This document shows positions 9,938 through 18,106 of a stretch of 28,302 nucleotides of DNA, in pieces. The position numbers and the translations under genes were made by a program. The stretch's first letter is position 1. Each line of letters starts with the position of its first letter. Under the pieces are notes generated by a model. The model was given only the letters and a program-made list of their open reading frames with translations, was not told the origin of the DNA and searched no databases. The DNA is taken from IMG/VR virus record IMGVR_UViG_3300044724_011066, positions 1 to 28,302 of that record; one strand, given 5' to 3'. The DNA comes from a virus. Lineage: Duplodnaviria; Caudoviricetes.

Positions 9938-10837
9938 TTAATTGACCTTGTTATAATTAGACAATATGTATTTTTTGCCTAAAGTGCTTAAAAAGTTTAA
10001 TTCGGTTGTTGCTAAATTAACTTTTTGCATAACCCCTTTTGATATTTGTTGTGTATTTTGCGCAAGCTTTAAAGCAACCGGAACAGGAAGTACAGGGGAG
10101 GGGGCTCCTGGTGGATGGACGTGTGCTAAGAGGGCTGCTTCAAATACCGTTTGAGATTTTGCTAAAGAAACAACAATTCCATTTAAGTTGTTAATTTGTT
10201 TTAAGATATTATTCAACAGCTCAACTAAATTCGTGCCCTTTACCATTGGCTGTAAGTCCTTGTCGTTATTGCCGGCGATCAGTTCTATACCGTTAATTTT
10301 TGGTATTGTTTGATTGTTTGTATTTTTTTCATTAACTCTTGTGACCAGTTTTATGCCACCCTCATCTCCAATTATACGAATAGCATCTGCCTTAAGTCCA
10401 ATCGCTGATAAATTTCTACTGGATCCTATGGAGCCATTTGTTAGGTTGAAATTATCATCAATATCTGTTCTTTCGGCTATATAAATTCTTGCTGCATCAT
10501 ATTTGAACATTGGATCAACAAGCACTCTTTGATTTGGCTCTGCCCCTGGTGCTTTGCGGCCAACGACTAGATCGATTGAATGTGCGCCGGTTGCACCAAT
10601 CCCACCATATCCTGATATCTTGTTTGAAGGACGGTCACGACCCAAGACAATGTAAGAATTAGCATTAGATATAACGTGTTCGGCATCTGCAGCTAAAAAT
10701 TCTGGAAAGTCTTCAAGTTTTTTGGTCAGGCCTGAACCAACACCGGTTGATCTAATTGATCGATTGATCTCTTCATCTATTATCCTAGCAACGTTTCGTG
10801 ATGCTAGTTGATTAATATTTGCTCTTGTTCTTGGCAT
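9938..10837 (-). CDS. Baseplate central spike-like protein (gp5 C-terminal / gpV-like) with HxH tip motif
   Basis: 299 aa with serial short beta-strand motifs (YIVLGRDRP, SIDLVVGR, AARIYIAE, SAIGLKADAIRIIG, GIELIAGN, QPMVKG) followed by AHVHPPGAPSP; lies in the baseplate module. Confidence 0.6.
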   Translation of the reverse strand: MPRTRANINQLASRNVARIIDEEINRSIRSTGVGSGLTKKLEDFPEFLAADAEHVISNANSYIVLGRDRPSNKISGYGGIGATGAHSIDLVVGRKAPGAEPNQRVLVDPMFKYDAARIYIAERTDIDDNFNLTNGSIGSSRNLSAIGLKADAIRIIGDEGGIKLVTRVNEKNTNNQTIPKINGIELIAGNNDKDLQPMVKGTNLVELLNNILKQINNLNGIVVSLAKSQTVFEAALLAHVHPPGAPSPVLPVPVALKLAQNTQQISKGVMQKVNLATTELNFLSTLGKKYILSNYNKVN

Positions 10838-11133
10838 TATTTCTCTTCTTCCTCTTTATCGTTTATAATGTCATATAACTGATCTTTGTCTGATGATGAG
10901 AACTCAAAAGATGAAGTTTTTTGTTTTTGCATCAAAGCAGCAACCTTTACTAACTGTTCATTGGAACGTTGTAGGGTCTCAACATATTTAGCAGCAACAG
11001 GTCCAACTTCCCTGTGACGCTCTTCTGCTGCGCCTAGGTATTTCATTAGATCTTGGAGAAGTTCTTTTGTTGTTGCCCTGTCTTCCTCAATGTTGTCGAG
11101 GGCGTTTGATAGTGTTTCGTCTAGGTTTTTCAT
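10837..11133 (-). CDS. Small helical phage protein (weak resemblance to T4 gp16-type small terminase)
   Basis: 98 aa, coiled-coil-like, containing RHREVG...NEQLVKV; TAATG-coupled to the next gene. The ORF is credible; the function is speculative. Confidence 0.55.
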   Translation of the reverse strand: MKNLDETLSNALDNIEEDRATTKELLQDLMKYLGAAEERHREVGPVAAKYVETLQRSNEQLVKVAALMQKQKTSSFEFSSSDKDQLYDIINDKEEEEK

Positions 11134-11147
11134 GAAAAGTACTACGT

Positions 11148-13640
11148 TTAAGTTTCCGAAGGCGGCTCAGAGGGGGTCGCACCCAGGGTGTCGGCAATCC
11201 AGTCTGGTATCACAGACGGTATCACTGGCCCAGATACAGGCGGGGGTGGAACGCCGGGTAGGGCCGCCGGATATGGTGTTCCTTGGGACGGTCCATCAGC
11301 TGGACACCCCCATTGTGGTCTAAGATATCCCTGTGTTCTTCCTTTTCTCTCTACGTCGATCAATATGGTAGCGGGAGTTGTGCCGTCATCGCTCATTACT
11401 TCTTGACCTGTAATTGGGTTGATGATTGGGCCATATGGAGATTCCGGGCCGCCAATGATTAAGCATGTATTATCTTTTGTATTAAAGTTGGGGTTGTCTA
11501 TCCTAAACATTGACTCAAATAAACTACCACCCTGTGCTGAGCCGCCGGCGCTAGTGTTCCCACCTACTTGCCAAACTATGCCGTCGCCCCACACATAAAC
11601 AACCATTTCAGCATGACCATGCGAGGAATTCTGGGTTTCAAGTTGCTTAGCCCACTCGCTTGTGCTTCCTCCCCATGTGCACTTTCGTGAGGGGTTATTT
11701 TCAAAATTCGGAAATATATCAATCTTTTCGGGATCAAACCCTATATATTTAAGGTATTCTCTATTAAAACTACTTAATTGATCTTCTGTTTGAGTATCCC
11801 TTACTCGGCCCAAGATGTCGCCTGGTCGTAGCCCTCCAGGTAGGCTAGCCATGTTGCCGATATCTAATAGCTCAGGATCGCCGTCGTCGACAGTATTGAA
11901 ATATTTCTCAACTGACTTACCTGACGTTTGGGATTTTAAAAGCTGATTGAACTGTAGCCGACTAGTCACATGGCGGTGCTGCCCCCAGTTTTGATAGTCC
12001 AACGGCATTATTGGAAAATAGTTTTCTGGGTCGCTCCATCGGCCGAACTTTGCCTGTCTAGGATCTTCTATCCCCAAGTGAAGATTTCTCGAGATTGTAT
12101 AATCGTTCCCCTTGAACCAAGTTACACCGGCATTGGCTCCGCCGAATGTCGGTACAAAGCGATCGTCAGCAAGGTCTGCAGCGCCGGAATCGACAAAGCC
12201 GGTTTTGTCGGGATTTAGCAAAAGTTCATGAGGGTGACCATTTATCAGTCTAAGTCCCATTTCACCAAGTGCTTGTGCCCACGCATCCCAGCAAATATAT
12301 GCGCAGTATTGGTTGCTGAAATCTGCCTCCAATATGTGTGGTGGTGTATATGCCGGATCCGAAGGAGGGCTGGAGGAGTGTCCATGGAAAATCCTTCTCA
12401 ATTCAACGCCGATGTTGATAGATCTCGTGCCGTCACCATCGCTCCTAGGCCACCTCCTCTCTTTTACTGGTGCCCTTCTCCATTCTCGGAACCAGCCCAC
12501 AGCCCTTGACCCCGGATCATTAGAGGTTAGATAGTTTTCTTTATCATTCGCCCAGATCATGTTCATTACTTCATCATAGATTTCACGACCAGTTTTTGTT
12601 TCGCCATCTCGCCAAGGTATTTCCTGGCTTCTGGCGTCGTCTGTTGAACACCATTTTATAAAGTTTCTTATTAGCCGGCCTGGGTGGATACCTCGACGTG
12701 CTGGATCCAGCACGGCAAGACCTGGAAAAGCTGCAACCACGGCGTCTTCGGTCCCCTCTTGATCGTTTATTGAAGGAACTGCATAATCTGCCTGGCCAGC
12801 CGGATTGAAAATGGCGCTAGCTGATCCATATGGATTATTGTATCGCTTTTTTCCCCTACTCGAACTGCCTAGAAACCCATGCTCTCTTTCTTCCTCTACC
12901 CACAGAGAACTTAAATATAAAGATCTGGTTGGATCGTTTGGATCCAGTTCATAATTACCCAGTCCAACATTTGGATTAAAGCCGCTAGCCATACCAACGC
13001 CAGCAACTCCGCCGGCGAATGCGCCAGCAGCACCTGCAGCACCATAGGCTAGAGAAGCAAAAGGCCCAGAAGCTCGGCCGGCAATTGCGGCGAAGTCCTG
13101 TAGTGCATTAACATTATTGCGAATTGTAACCCCAATAACACGGGCGCCCCTATATGAATTTTTGTTGGGTAGATACACTTCAACGATATCGCCAGCTCCA
13201 ACTGGCCCAAATTGAACCGATGGTACGTTTGATATAGCAACACCGTTCATTAAGGCAGCGTTAACGGAAGCTTGGGTCGACTCCATACTATCCGGATTTC
13301 TTATGTGGAAGTCAAATTCAGATCTAAGAGAAAATATATAATGCTCTTCTACGATCCCGCCGCTGCCATCGTTGAGCGCTTCTGTTGTTCTTTCATAAAG
13401 ATCTGGGAATCTTGACCTAGATGGGATTACAGATGTTACACCTAGCACTCTTGCCCTGATGGTGTTTCCCAATGAGGCAAGAGAATCAATATTATAGCTT
13501 GAATCTATAGTGTTTAAAAAGTTAGATCTTGATGCATTAAAGCGTCCGGCTTTAGTATCTAAAATCCGTCTGTTAAAACTATTTGGTTCAATATTGTTAT
13601 ATGCACCCCACAACTCTTGAACTCTTCTAGGAATTCCCAT
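11148..13640 (-). CDS. Tail/baseplate hub-associated protein with C-terminal CHAP/NlpC-P60-like (DUF2272-like) peptidoglycan hydrolase domain
   Basis: 830 aa; SD GAGGTG 8 nt before the ATG. The N-terminal region has IRARVLGV and PVGAGDIVEVY (gp5 OB-fold-like), followed by a Gly/Ala linker, then QYCAYICW, LRPGDIL, HGHAEMVV and WQVGGNTS, and a Pro-rich tail. Confidence 0.55.
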   Translation of the reverse strand: MGIPRRVQELWGAYNNIEPNSFNRRILDTKAGRFNASRSNFLNTIDSSYNIDSLASLGNTIRARVLGVTSVIPSRSRFPDLYERTTEALNDGSGGIVEEHYIFSLRSEFDFHIRNPDSMESTQASVNAALMNGVAISNVPSVQFGPVGAGDIVEVYLPNKNSYRGARVIGVTIRNNVNALQDFAAIAGRASGPFASLAYGAAGAAGAFAGGVAGVGMASGFNPNVGLGNYELDPNDPTRSLYLSSLWVEEEREHGFLGSSSRGKKRYNNPYGSASAIFNPAGQADYAVPSINDQEGTEDAVVAAFPGLAVLDPARRGIHPGRLIRNFIKWCSTDDARSQEIPWRDGETKTGREIYDEVMNMIWANDKENYLTSNDPGSRAVGWFREWRRAPVKERRWPRSDGDGTRSINIGVELRRIFHGHSSSPPSDPAYTPPHILEADFSNQYCAYICWDAWAQALGEMGLRLINGHPHELLLNPDKTGFVDSGAADLADDRFVPTFGGANAGVTWFKGNDYTISRNLHLGIEDPRQAKFGRWSDPENYFPIMPLDYQNWGQHRHVTSRLQFNQLLKSQTSGKSVEKYFNTVDDGDPELLDIGNMASLPGGLRPGDILGRVRDTQTEDQLSSFNREYLKYIGFDPEKIDIFPNFENNPSRKCTWGGSTSEWAKQLETQNSSHGHAEMVVYVWGDGIVWQVGGNTSAGGSAQGGSLFESMFRIDNPNFNTKDNTCLIIGGPESPYGPIINPITGQEVMSDDGTTPATILIDVERKGRTQGYLRPQWGCPADGPSQGTPYPAALPGVPPPPVSGPVIPSVIPDWIADTLGATPSEPPSET

Positions 13641-13659
13641 CTATCATACACCTCTTAAG

Positions 13660-13671
13660 ATAAATAGTTCC
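13660..13671 (-). promoter_or_regulatory. Candidate phage late promoter motif GGAACTATTTAT at the head of the structural module
   Basis: Sits in the 34-nt intergenic gap just upstream of the SD (13649-13654), 19 nt from the ATG at 13640; repeated at 614-625, 4491-4500 and 4752-4761. Confidence 0.55.
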
Positions 13672-13674
13672 GCC

Positions 13675-14379
13675 TTAGATTTCTCCGTTGTCCCACTCGG
13701 CTCTTAGATTTCGATATTTTTTTCTTACTTTTGTTAGAGAAGAAGTTATTTGCTTTGTGCTAAAGCCGGTAATCTCCCGCAGATAAACATATACAGCTTT
13801 TTTGTTAAATATATCAATCTGTTCTACTGACTCAAATAAAACTTCGACTGCTTCTAAGATTTTTCTATCTTGAGCGCTGGATGTTTCTTCCTTCCACCAT
13901 ACTATTTCTTCGTGGAGCACCTCAATAAACTCTGCTTTTGTGCGATCTTGGATATAAGTGTTTCGAACGATAAGCTTTTCATCTAATACTGTATCAGAAA
14001 CATCCAAGGCAACTTCTTTTTGAAGCTTCTTTTTTCTTTTCTTGGTCTCGGCAATAAACCAGTTCTTTGTGATCACTGAAAAGTAAGTAAAGGCCTTATA
14101 GCCCTTTTCAACATCAAACTTTTCTAAGATTGTAACCAAAAAGACTTTGCAATCTTCTTTTAGAATATCGCAATTTGGAAGTGAGTTAAACTTATACGTA
14201 TAAACAATCTTATCAACCAACTCGTCAAAAGCAGGTTGGATTAGTGTTACGTATAACTCTTCTCTTCTAGCTTTTGATTTTGATTTACAGTACTCAAGAA
14301 TTGCGTCTTCGTGTACCTGCGTAAAATACATGTTTTTTTTCTTTGGATACTTGCTCTTCCTTCTCTTCTTCGTTGTCAT
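13675..14379 (-). CDS. Phage sigma-like factor, T4 gp55-like late transcription sigma
   Basis: 234 aa. KFDVEKGYKAFTYFSVITKNWFI resembles sigma region 2 of gp55-like proteins; C-terminal FNKKAVYVYLREITGFSTKQITSSL is HTH-like; SD GAGGAG 7 nt upstream of 14379. Confidence 0.72.
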   Translation of the reverse strand: MTTKKRRKSKYPKKKNMYFTQVHEDAILEYCKSKSKARREELYVTLIQPAFDELVDKIVYTYKFNSLPNCDILKEDCKVFLVTILEKFDVEKGYKAFTYFSVITKNWFIAETKKRKKKLQKEVALDVSDTVLDEKLIVRNTYIQDRTKAEFIEVLHEEIVWWKEETSSAQDRKILEAVEVLFESVEQIDIFNKKAVYVYLREITGFSTKQITSSLTKVRKKYRNLRAEWDNGEI

Positions 14380-14683
14380 CTATTTGCTCCTCTAGGGCAC
14401 CTGTAAGCTCTTCTTCCTCTAACCTGCTAAACAGGGTCGTAAAGTCTCCAACTCTCTCCGAGACGGCCTTTGAGTGCTCTAACAGGGCACGTAAGGTTTC
14501 ATCTCCATAAAAGGATTCAAGCTGGTATACTTGTTCGACGTGGCGATGATAAATGTTAAGGTCTGTAATCACTTCCTCGACCTCTAATGAAAGGTCTGAA
14601 AGGTCGGTTACAAGGCGGCGGCTATACCAAATTAGAATTACATTAAGTAATACCGAAACTATTATAATACCATAAATCATCAA
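14294..14683 (-). CDS. Hypothetical membrane-anchored protein
   Basis: 129 aa; N-terminal hydrophobic helix (IYGIIIVSVLLNVILIWY) followed by an acidic helical region; overlaps the sigma gene by 86 nt. Confidence 0.7.
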   Translation of the reverse strand: MMIYGIIIVSVLLNVILIWYSRRLVTDLSDLSLEVEEVITDLNIYHRHVEQVYQLESFYGDETLRALLEHSKAVSERVGDFTTLFSRLEEEELTGALEEQIDDNEEEKEEQVSKEKKHVFYAGTRRRNS

Positions 14684-14946
14684 TCCAACATCCTATTTGC
14701 TAAATTATCTTTTTCGTCTTGAAGAATCTTTCTGTTTTCTTCAATATAATCTTTTGTTAGTTCGCCGGTCTTTTTTGAAGTTTCTTCGGCGGTTCTTCGG
14801 ATACTAACAGTAGATAATCGTTTTGTTATTTCGCCTTTATCGGCGCAATCATACACTTCTGAGCAAGTGGTTGGGGTTTCATCGGACCCAACCATTGCCT
14901 TGAAGGATGAGCCACATTTTTTACATTCGTAAGCGTATATGGGCAT
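14680..14946 (-). CDS. FmdB-family zinc-ribbon protein
   Basis: MPIYAYECKKCG...CSEVYDC matches the MPxYxYxCxxCG FmdB-type start. Confidence 0.75.
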   Translation of the reverse strand: MPIYAYECKKCGSSFKAMVGSDETPTTCSEVYDCADKGEITKRLSTVSIRRTAEETSKKTGELTKDYIEENRKILQDEKDNLANRMLD

Positions 14947-14966
14947 TGTTTTCTCGTTTGTACAAC

Positions 14967-14995
14967 AAAAAAAGAGGGCAAATACCCTCTTTTTT
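14967..14995. terminator. Intrinsic (rho-independent) terminator, potentially bidirectional; on the minus strand it ends the glycosylation-locus transcript
   Basis: AAAAAAAGAGGG-CAAATA-CCCTCTTTTTT: perfect stem with a T-tract on both strands, 5 nt after the stop of the 64-aa gene. Confidence 0.85.
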
Positions 14996-15000
14996 CAGTC

Positions 15001-15195
15001 TTATTGTTCCTCTACTGCAGTCTCTTCTAGTTCTGAAAGGTCTCCGGATACGACAGGTGGGTTGATTACCACAAGCCCATCATCGGACATCTCAAAAACC
15101 ATATCGTTAAGAAGCGGCATAATATCTGCTTGCTCCCAAAGACATTTTTGTAGAACCATTAACAGGGCTCCGGCTGCTTGATTTGATAGTTGCAT
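15001..15195 (-). CDS. Small hypothetical protein
   Basis: 64 aa; strong SD AAGGAG upstream; followed by the terminator. Confidence 0.75.
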   Translation of the reverse strand: MQLSNQAAGALLMVLQKCLWEQADIMPLLNDMVFEMSDDGLVVINPPVVSGDLSELEETAVEEQ

Positions 15196-15215
15196 TAGTT
15201 TTCTCCTTTTTAAAT

Positions 15216-15791
15216 TTATTTACGAAAAATAGCAAATCCTTTTCCTTTTGATTCCCATCTTTCTATTTTAATATTATTTTTTTCTGCAAAATCATTAACA
15301 GCATTGTTAACAGAAAGAATTCTGGCGCCATTTGGTGGGCCAGACATATAGTCATCAACAATCATAATTCCTCCATTGTTAATTTTTGCATACACACGCT
15401 CAATATCTGAGTATGCGCCGGCGTAAGAGTGGTCTCCATCAATAAAAGCAAATTCTATGCCGTGAGGAAAATTATCATTAAAGAAGTCATCAGTTAAAAT
15501 TTTAGATGATGATCCTTCAATTAGTTTAAAGTTATTAAAATTTTCTTTTATCTTTTCTGAATGAAGTCGAGCGCCGGAAATATAATCTAAATTAATATCA
15601 ATACTTATTAATAGTTCAGGCTCCGCTGCATTTAATGTTGTTATAGCGCTTCGTCCGGAGGCAAACCCAGTTTCAATACAAAATTTAGGTTTTATTTCTT
15701 TTAAGATATTAATTAGAAAATCTCTTTGATCTTCATTTAAATGACCTTTGTGAAACCAAAGTTTATTAATGTTTTTTATTATTTCTTTCAT
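15216..15791 (-). CDS. Class I SAM-dependent methyltransferase (Methyltransf_24-like, probable sugar O-methyltransferase)
   Basis: IETGFASGRSA, ISIDIN, FAFIDGDHSYAGAYSD and GGIMIVDDY. Start moved from TTG 15827 to ATG 15791, which has SD AAGGAG. Confidence 0.82.
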   Translation of the reverse strand: MKEIIKNINKLWFHKGHLNEDQRDFLINILKEIKPKFCIETGFASGRSAITTLNAAEPELLISIDINLDYISGARLHSEKIKENFNNFKLIEGSSSKILTDDFFNDNFPHGIEFAFIDGDHSYAGAYSDIERVYAKINNGGIMIVDDYMSGPPNGARILSVNNAVNDFAEKNNIKIERWESKGKGFAIFRK

Positions 15792-15819
15792 AATTTTCTC
15801 CTTATTAAATAAATATACT

Positions 15820-16788
15820 TTATACAACTATTGAATAAAAATCTGCATCAAACATTAAGTTTGCTAGTTGTTTTAAGTTTGTTTTTGATTCCCAGCCAAG
15901 TCTCTCTTTTGCTTTTGTGGCATCGCCTAAAAGAAGAGGCACTTCGTGAGGTCTGAAAAGTCGCTCATCAATTTCTACATATTTTTCAACATCTAAGTTT
16001 GCACGCTCAAAAACATGATGTAGGAACTCTTTTACACTATATGTCTCGCCAGTTGCAACAACATAGTCATCTGGCTCTTCTTGTTGTAGCATAAGCCACA
16101 TTGCTTCAACATAGTCTTTTGCAAAACCCCAGTCTCTTTTTGCGTCTAAGTTTCCTAGATATAACTTACTTTGTAGTCCTTTTTTAATTCTTGCTGCAGC
16201 GAGAGTAATCTTTCTTGTTACGAAAGTCTCACCTCGGCGTGGTGATTCATGATTAAAAAGAATGCCACAAGAAGCATGAAGTCCATAAGACTCTCTGTAG
16301 TTGCGAACTAAGTTGTGGGCAAACACCTTAGCACAAGCATAAGGTGACGCCGGCATAAACTTCGTTTCTTCATTTTGTGGGTTTTCTGGGTTATCTCCGA
16401 ACATCTCTGAGGATGATGCTTGATAAAAACGAATAGTTGGATCGAAGTTTCTTATTGCCTCAAGCCAACGCAACGTACCCATTGCTACGGTTTCAACAGT
16501 TTCTTCTGGTACATCAAACGAAACCCTTACATGAGACTGTGCTCCAAGGTTATAAACTTCATCTGGTTCGTATTTCTTGAGCAAACGATAAAGAGCGCCA
16601 GAGTCGACGAAGTTATAATATTCCATATGGAAGTTTTTGTGGGCAAAACACTTTTCATCAATTCTAGATGTGCAAATAGAAGAGTTTCTTCGCTTTAGGC
16701 CAATGACTTTATAGTCCTTTTCAAGCAGAAACTCAGCAAGATAAGAGCCGTCCTGACCGGTTACTCCTGTTATGATTGCTGTTTTCAA
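15820..16788 (-). CDS. gmd: GDP-mannose 4,6-dehydratase
   Basis: [68 protein letters not shown] and [17 protein letters not shown]; TTG start coupled to the fcl stop. Confidence 0.97.
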   Translation of the reverse strand: MKTAIITGVTGQDGSYLAEFLLEKDYKVIGLKRRNSSICTSRIDEKCFAHKNFHMEYYNFVDSGALYRLLKKYEPDEVYNLGAQSHVRVSFDVPEETVETVAMGTLRWLEAIRNFDPTIRFYQASSSEMFGDNPENPQNEETKFMPASPYACAKVFAHNLVRNYRESYGLHASCGILFNHESPRRGETFVTRKITLAAARIKKGLQSKLYLGNLDAKRDWGFAKDYVEAMWLMLQQEEPDDYVVATGETYSVKEFLHHVFERANLDVEKYVEIDERLFRPHEVPLLLGDATKAKERLGWESKTNLKQLANLMFDADFYSIVV

Positions 16789-17723
16789 TTAATGCCTCTA
16801 ATATTTGGATAAGTTTTTTTAAACCATTTACAAGTTTTTTTAATCCCTTCTTCTAAAGAAATATAGTCTTCTTGCTTCCAGCCTAGGCTTAAAAGTTTTT
16901 GATTTGAAGTGGGTTTTCTTACTTGCCCTTTTGGTTTTGTTTTATTATATATAATATTACCATTATAGTCAAGTTCTTTTTTAATTAAATTTATAATATC
17001 TTTTAAAAAATATTCTTTTGTATTTCCTATATTTATTGGTTCTTTTTTTGTATAATTTTCTAAACAAAATAAAATTGCTTTTGCAATATCTCCTGCATAA
17101 GAGAATTCCCTATATACTTTTCCGTCACCCCATACTTCAAAGTCAGGCTTGTTGTTTATTTTTGCTTCCCATATTTTTCTTATTAAAGCTGGAATAACAT
17201 GGCTATTTTCTAAATCAAAATTATCATTTTCGCCATAAAGGTTGTTTGGTATAACTGATATGTACTCTAAGCCATACTGTTTTCTAGCTGCTCTTAACTG
17301 AACATCAACCATTCTCTTGGCATAAGCATAACCAAAGTTTGAAGGGTGGGGTGGTCCAAGGTGAAGCTGTTCTTCTGTTAAAGGATATGAAACATAAGGC
17401 TGGTCTGGATAAATACATGTCGACAAGCAGCATACTAACTTTGGCACGCCGACCCAAACACACGTATCGATAACATTGTTGTTTATATTGGAGTTTTGTT
17501 GATAAAAATTAAACACATTTTCTGTATTTGTTTTTACACCGCCAACAAAAGCGGCTAGGTGTATTACCACATCAATGTTTTTTTTACCAATTTTTTCAAA
17601 ATATTGTTTAATGTTATTGTGACTAGACAGATCGAGCTGTTTCCTTGTGGGGTAAAGAGCGTTTGGTAATATTTTCTTAAAGGCGGATCCCAACAAGCCG
17701 TTACCGCCGGTTACAATAATCAT
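16785..17723 (-). CDS. fcl: GDP-L-fucose synthase family (GDP-4-keto-6-deoxymannose 3,5-epimerase/4-reductase)
   Basis: [58 protein letters not shown] and [11 protein letters not shown]; adjacent to gmd. Confidence 0.92.
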   Translation of the reverse strand: MIIVTGGNGLLGSAFKKILPNALYPTRKQLDLSSHNNIKQYFEKIGKKNIDVVIHLAAFVGGVKTNTENVFNFYQQNSNINNNVIDTCVWVGVPKLVCCLSTCIYPDQPYVSYPLTEEQLHLGPPHPSNFGYAYAKRMVDVQLRAARKQYGLEYISVIPNNLYGENDNFDLENSHVIPALIRKIWEAKINNKPDFEVWGDGKVYREFSYAGDIAKAILFCLENYTKKEPINIGNTKEYFLKDIINLIKKELDYNGNIIYNKTKPKGQVRKPTSNQKLLSLGWKQEDYISLEEGIKKTCKWFKKTYPNIRGIN

Positions 17724-18106
17724 TTAATATTTTTTTTAATCATATCTTTAAACAAATTATAACTTCTTATGTAATTTTCTTCAGTATATTCTGAGTCTGC
17801 AAAAACTAAAAGTGTAGTTTGTTTTGTTTTAAATTCTAAATTTAACCAAACCATTTCTTTTTGATAAAAACAATCCCCTCTTTTCAGTATAAATGTACTT
17901 TTTCCGTTTTTATCCTCTGATTTTATTAACACTTCCCCGTCTAAGCAGATAAGAAAATGCTCTTCATTGACATGTGCGTGATTGCCTCTTTCACAATTTT
18001 CTTTTTTGCTTTTAACAACAAAAAATCTCTTAATTTTAAATGGAATTTCAAGCTTGTTGCAAGCTAAAAGAAAGCCTTCTAGATTTTCTTTAACAGAAAT
18101 CTGCAT
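17720..18106 (-). CDS. FdtA/QdtA (WxcM-like) cupin, dTDP-4-keto-6-deoxyhexose 3,4-ketoisomerase
   Basis: IPFKIKRFF, ERGNHAH, LLVFADSEYTEENYIRSY: the RGxHAH catalytic motif and typical C-terminus. Confidence 0.88.
   Translation of the reverse strand: MQISVKENLEGFLLACNKLEIPFKIKRFFVVKSKKENCERGNHAHVNEEHFLICLDGEVLIKSEDKNGKSTFILKRGDCFYQKEMVWLNLEFKTKQTTLLVFADSEYTEENYIRSYNLFKDMIKKNIK

Noticed and set aside
11090-13243. Cluster of short alternative-frame ORFs (64-93 aa) over the 830-aa gene
   Set aside because: Expected from the locally higher GC (fewer stop codons); no recognisable motifs.
15809-15815. TATTTAT upstream of the Methyltransf_24-like gene as another late promoter
   Set aside because: Lacks the AAC prefix and lies in very AT-rich sequence where a chance match is likely.
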